This document shows positions 51,021-64,000 of a stretch of DNA of 64,000 nt, one piece after another. Source of the stretch: the human T2T-CHM13v2.0 reference genome, Homo sapiens; NCBI RefSeq assembly GCF_009914755.1, contig NC_060944.1, one strand, 5' to 3'. Position 1 is the stretch's first letter; every line of letters begins with the position of its first letter. Under the pieces are notes generated by a model. It made no database searches, was not told the origin of the DNA, and worked only from the letters and a program-made list of their open reading frames with translations. A program made the position numbers and the translations under genes.

Positions 51021-52632
51021 CCTCTCCCTCTCCCTCTCCGTCTCCCTCTCCCTCTCCCCACGGTCTCCCTCTCATGCGGAGCTGAAGCTGGACTGTACTG
51101 CTGCCATCTCGGCTCACTGCAACCTCCCTGCCTGATTCTCCTGCCTCAGCCTGCCGAGTGCCTGCAATTGCAGGCACGCGCCGCCACGCCTGACTGGTTT
51201 TGGTGGAGACGGGGTTTCGCTGTGTTGGCCGGGCCGGTCTCCAGCCCCTAACCGCGAGTGATCCGCCAGCCTCGGCCTCCCGAGGTGCCGGGATTGCAGA
51301 CGGAGTCTCGTTCACTCAGTGCTCAATGGTGCCCAGGCTGGAGTGCAGTGGCGTGATCTCGGCTCACTACAACCTACACCTCCCAGCCACCTGCCTTGGC
51401 CTCCCAAAGTGCCGAGATTGCAGCCTCTGCCCGGCCGCCACCCCGTCTGGGAAGTGAGGAGTGTCTCTGCCTGGCCGCCCATCATCTGGGATGTGAGGAG
51501 CCCCTCTGCCTGGCTGCCCAGTCTGGAAAGTGAGGAGCGTCTCCTCCTGGCCGCCATCCCATCTAGGAAGTGAGGAGCGCCTCTTCCCAGCCGCCATCAC
51601 ATCTAGGAAGTGAGGAGCGTCTCTGCCCGGCCGCCCATCGTCTGAGATGTGGGGAGCGCCTCTGCCCTGCCGCCCCGTCTGGGATGTGAGGAGCGCCTCT
51701 GCCCGGCCGAGACCCCGTCTGGGAGGTGAGGAGCGTCTCTGCCCAGCCGCCCCGTCTGAGAAGTGAGGAGACCCTCTGCCTGGCAACCGCCCCGTCTGAG
51801 AAGTGAGGAGCCTCTCCGCCCGGCAGCCACCCCATCTGGGAAGTGAGGAGCGTCTCCGCCCGGCAGCCACCCCGTCCGGGAGGGAGGTGGGGGGTCAGCC
51901 CCCCCGCCCGGCCAGCCGTGCCATCCGGGAGGGAGGTGGGGGGGTCAGCCCCCCGCCTGGCCAGCCGTGCCCTCCGGGAGGGAGGTGGGGGGGTCAGCCC
52001 CCCGCCCGGCCAGCCGCCCCGTCCGGGAGGTGAGGGGCGCCTCTGCCCGGCCGCCCCTACTGGGAAGTGAGGAGCCCCTCTGCCCGGCCACCACCCCGTC
52101 TGGGAGGTGTGCCCAACAGCTCATTGAGAACGGGCCAGGATGACAATGGCGGCTTTGTGGAATAGAAAGGCGGGAAAGGTGGGGAAAAGATTGAGAAATC
52201 GGATGGTTGCCGTGTCTGTGTAGAAAGAAGTAGACATGGGAGACTTTTCATTTTGTTCTGCACTAAGAAAAATTCTTCTGCCTTGGGATCCTGTTGATCT
52301 GTGACCTTACCCCCAACCCTGTGCTCTCTGAAACATGTGCTGTGTCCACTCAGGGTTAAATGGATTAAGGGCGGTGCAAGATGTGCTTTGTTAAACAGAT
52401 GCTTGAAGGCAGCATGCTCGTTAAGAGTCATCACCAATCCCTAATCTCAAGTAATCAGGGACACAAACACTGCGGAAGGCCGCAGGGTCCTCTGCCTAGG
52501 AAAACCAGAGACCTTTGTTCACTTGTTTATCTGCTGACCTTCCCTCCACTGTTGTCCCATGACCCTGCCAAATCCCCCTCTGTGAGAAACACCCAAGAAT
52601 TATCAATAAAAAAATAAATTAAAAAAAAAAAA
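51021..52632 (+). mobile_element. Full-length SVA retrotransposon, SVA_F-type (~1.6 kb)
   Basis: (CCCTCT)n 51021-51058, Alu-like domain to ~51423, GC-rich VNTR to ~52110, SINE-R, AATAAA 52605, poly-A, TSD aaaagttactc (51010-51020 / 52629-52639); tail aataaaaaaataaatt and ctcatgcggagc are F-like features from memory. Confidence 0.96.
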
Positions 52633-53295
52633 GTTACTCAGGAGACCCTTTTAGAAATACTTAGGGAAAGATAAGCTGTCTCCTTGGGATGACTGGGCTG
52701 GTGTCTGTGCATATGCCTTCTCTGGATCCAAGTGACTTTACCACACCAAGCCTTAAGACTGCCAGACTGTTCTCTCCATTGAAAGCCATTCTGCACCACT
52801 GGCCATACAGAAGGAATCTCATATTCCAGGAGACTGGCCCAAACAGGACTGTTGAGTGGCTCTAAGGCTTTTAGACGTCAAAAGGGTTTATAAGAATAAT
52901 CATCATAATATAGTTATGAATCAGAAACATGCATACATTTTCTTAAATGACCCTGTGGGGATGAGTTAAAAAGGGAGGAGTACCCAGATGCAGGCGTCTA
53001 GCAGAATGGACTTGCTTGAGAATATCAAGCAAGACAGCCAAAGAGGACTCCTAGGATTGTCTCACCAGGACTTCTGAGGCGACTCTAATGAAATGACTTA
53101 AAAGTGTGGTGGAGTGGCTTCTGTGGCTCCCACACCTGCCTAATCCTGGTTGATATTGCACAACCAGGGTGCACTGACAATCTCTGGGAAAAAAGCAAGG
53201 TCTAATATTCAAAGCTTGGCAAACATGACCAAGACTTTTTCTCTTTCCTTTGAATTATTTTAGTTCCCTAATTTTTTGTCCCATATGCCACTTAA

Positions 53296-53730
<435 letters not shown>

Positions 53731-54268
53731 TGCACCTTTGTTATATAGAAAATTCTTATCAACATTATTGTCTACTTTTAGACTTTATTTTGTTCTATTG
53801 AACTATTCTGGTTCTAGTACCATACATTAAAATTATAGCTTTATAATACTTTTTAACATCTGACAGGATGTGCTCCCCTTATCATCCTTCTTTTTCAATA
53901 TTTTATCATTCTCACAGTTTTTCTCAGATCAACTTCACATGTAATTTACAAAAAAAATTAAAATTACATTGGTATTTAGGTGGAAATTATGTTAAATTTA
54001 TGTACTAATCTGGAGAAGTCTTGTTTCGTAATAATAATTCTTACCATGAAGGAAAATAGCTTCTCTCTCCGCTGATTCATGTTTTTTCTCATGTCTCTCA
54101 GTAGAGTTTATAGCTTTTTTTGTATAAGTTCTCATAATTGCTTGAATATATTCCTAATTATTTTATTTTTGTTGTTTTGGGTGTGAATGAGATTTGTTTT
54201 TGTTCATTTTTAATGGGTTCTTGTTGGCATATACAAAAACCACTGATTTTAAAATACTTATGTAATAA

Positions 54269-54588
<320 letters not shown>

Positions 54589-54639
54589 GACGTGTACCTA
54601 CTTTAGAACGTGTGTCTCTTATGTCAGCTTACCATTATT

Positions 54640-59545
<4,906 letters not shown>

Positions 59546-59555
59546 GCGCTATCAG

Positions 59556-59640
59556 CTTTCTTTCTTTCTTTTTCCTTTTCTCTTTTCTTTTCTTTTCTCC
59601 TTCCTTCCTTCCTTCCTTCCTTTCTTTCCTTTCTTTCTTC
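59556..59640 (+). repeat. (TTTC)/(TTCC) microsatellite
   Basis: Directly visible. Confidence 0.9.
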
Positions 59641-59664
59641 CTCACTCTGTTGCCCAAGTGTATA

Positions 59665-61885
<2,221 letters not shown>

Positions 61886-61899
61886 CCTGGGAAAATCTT

Positions 61900-63900
61900 C
61901 TTGAGTTTTATAGTTTCAGGTCTTATTAATACATTTAGGTCTATGATTCATTTTGGGTAAGTTTTTGTATATGGTGTTAGGTAAGAGTCTAACTTCATTG
62001 TTTTGCATGTAGATATCCACTTTTCCTAGTACCATTTGTTGAAAAAAACTCTTATTTCCCCCATTAAATGGCCTTGACACCTTTGTCAAAAATCACTTGA
62101 CCACACATGTAAAGGTTTATTTCTGGGCCTTTATTTATTCTATTATGGGTTTATTTATTCTATTCCATTTTTCTACACATTTGTCTTTATGCAAGTACCA
62201 CACTGTTTTGATTACTGTGGCTTTGTAGTAAGTTTTGAAATCAAGAAGTGTGAGTCCTCCAGCTTTATTCTTTTTCAAGATTATTTTGGCTATTTGGGGT
62301 CCTTTGAGATTCCATACAAATTTTAGAATGGGTTTTTTTTCTATTTCTGCCAAAAAAAACCTCCTAGAGATTTTGTTAGGAATTGTATTGAATCTGTAGA
62401 TTGCTTATATTTATGTCTTATTTAATTTCTTTCAGCAATGTTCTATAGTTGTCATTGTACACATCTTTCACCCCCTTGGCTATGTTAATTCCTAATTCTT
62501 TTGATGCTTTTGTAGATTGAATCATTTTCTTAATTTCCTTTTCAGATTGTTCATTGTTAATATATAGAAATGTAACTGATATAACTTTGTATCCTGCTAC
62601 TTTGCTAAACTGATTTATTAGTTCTAACAGTGTTTTGTGGAATCTTTAGGCTTTTCTACATTTAAGATCATATTATCTGTGAACAGAGATCATTTTACTC
62701 CTTCCTTTTTAATGCGGATGGCTTTGCTTTCTTTTCCTTGCCTAATTGTTCTAGGTAGAACTTCCAGTACTATTTTGAGTAGAGGTGGTGAAAGCAGGCA
62801 TCTTTGTCTTGTTCTTGATGTTGGAGGAAAATCTTTCATTCTTTCATCATTGTGTATGATGTTGGCTGTGGGTTTTTCATATATGGCTTTTATTATGTTG
62901 AAGCAGTCCTCCTATTCCTAGTTTGTGGAGTGTTTTTTTTTATCATGAAATTATGTTAGAGTTTGTCAAATGCTTTTCCTGCATCAATTGAGATAATCTG
63001 ATATAGGATTCTTGGTTGACAGTTTTTTTCTTTCAGAACTTTGAATTTGTCAGCCCACAGCCTCTGGCCTCCAAAGTTTCTGATAAGAAATCTGCTAATG
63101 ATTTTATTGAGGATTTATTGTATGTGATGAGTCGCATCTCTCTTGCTGCTTCCAAGATTTTATCTTTGGTTTTGGCTTTCAAAAGTTTGATTATACCGTA
63201 TCTTTGTGTGGATCTCTTTGAGTTCATCTTACTTGGAGTTCATTGAGCTTCTTGGATGTTTATATTCATATCTTTAATCAAACTTTGGAAGTCTTAATCA
63301 ATGTTTCTTCAAATATTCTGGGTTTTTTTCTCTCTTCTCCTTCTGGGATGGCTAGACTTCTGAGAGAATGCATATGTTTTTCTGCTTGATGGTGTCCCAC
63401 ATGTCCCTTAGGCAGTGTTTACTTTTCTCCAATCTTATTTATGTTCCTCAGACTCAGTAATTTTCATGGTTCTATCTTCAAGTTCATTGAGTCTCTCTTC
63501 TGTCTAATCAAATCTGCCTTTGAATCCCTCTAGTGCATTTTTAAATTTTGGTTATTGTACTAATCAATACTACAAAAAGTTCTTGTACTTTCTGGTTTCT
63601 TTTTAGGTTTTCCATATCTCTATTGATATTCCCCTTTTGCTTGTACTTGTTTTTTTCACTCTCCACATCTTCCTTTAGTTCTCTGAGCATCTCTAAGACA
63701 ATTGTTTTAATATATTTGTCTAGTAGGTCTGCCATGAGGACTTTCAGAGCTTCTGTTGACTTTTTTCCTTTGAATGTGCCATATTTTTTCTTTTCTTTGT
63801 ATGCCTTGTGATTTTTTGGTTGAAAACTAGACATTTTAGTTTAATAATGTGGTAACTCTAGAAACCAGGTTCTCCCCTTTCCTCAGGGTTTACTTTATTT
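61900..63900 (-). mobile_element. Old L1 (ORF2 and ORF1 fragments), antisense
   Basis: Minus-strand ORFs with L1 peptides: [45 protein letters not shown] (ORF2) and KDKILEAARE..ADFLSETLEAR (ORF1). Confidence 0.9.
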
Positions 63901-64000
63901 TGTTACTGTTTTTTGTTATTGTTGATGTTTCTTTTTTATTGTTATAGGCTATCTCTGTGCCAAGGACACTTTGCCATCCAAGCCTTCACCTAGAAGTTGC

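Noticed and set aside
50992-52617. ORFs up to 167 aa with repeated LLTSQTG motifs
   Set aside because: Translations of the SVA VNTR/SINE-R, not a gene

Overview
Primate (almost certainly human) non-coding genomic DNA, dominated by transposable elements. It holds about 45 Alus, old L1 fragments, several ERV LTRs (MER4-type, MER51/61-type, LTR12, MER52-type, MST), Tigger/MER DNA-transposon remnants and a full-length 1.6-kb sense SVA (SVA_F-type) at 51021-52632. No intact protein-coding exon is present. The only real protein homology is a frameshifted, 3'-truncated processed pseudogene of exportin-T (XPOTP1, minus strand, ~41886-44772). From recalled locus context (not provable from this window), XPOTP1 followed ~6 kb later by a fixed SVA_F marks the 5' non-coding region / early intron of ASIP (agouti signaling protein, 20q11.22). 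Alu-poor unique DNA at ~14-24 kb carries good candidate plus-strand non-coding first and leader exons. The SVA lies sense to them and supplies splice acceptors plus a poly(A) signal, so it could act as an exon trap. This haplotype lacks the second, polymorphic antisense SVA_F1 reported ~3.9 kb downstream. Less familiar observations: a 2-kb 3'UTR-only retrocopy with a perfect 16-bp TSD, a 5S rRNA fragment split by a 35-bp templated copy from 3 kb upstream, an in-frame templated duplication inside XPOTP1, and repeated Alu insertion into the same target site. I see no evidence for a wholly new multi-gene system.
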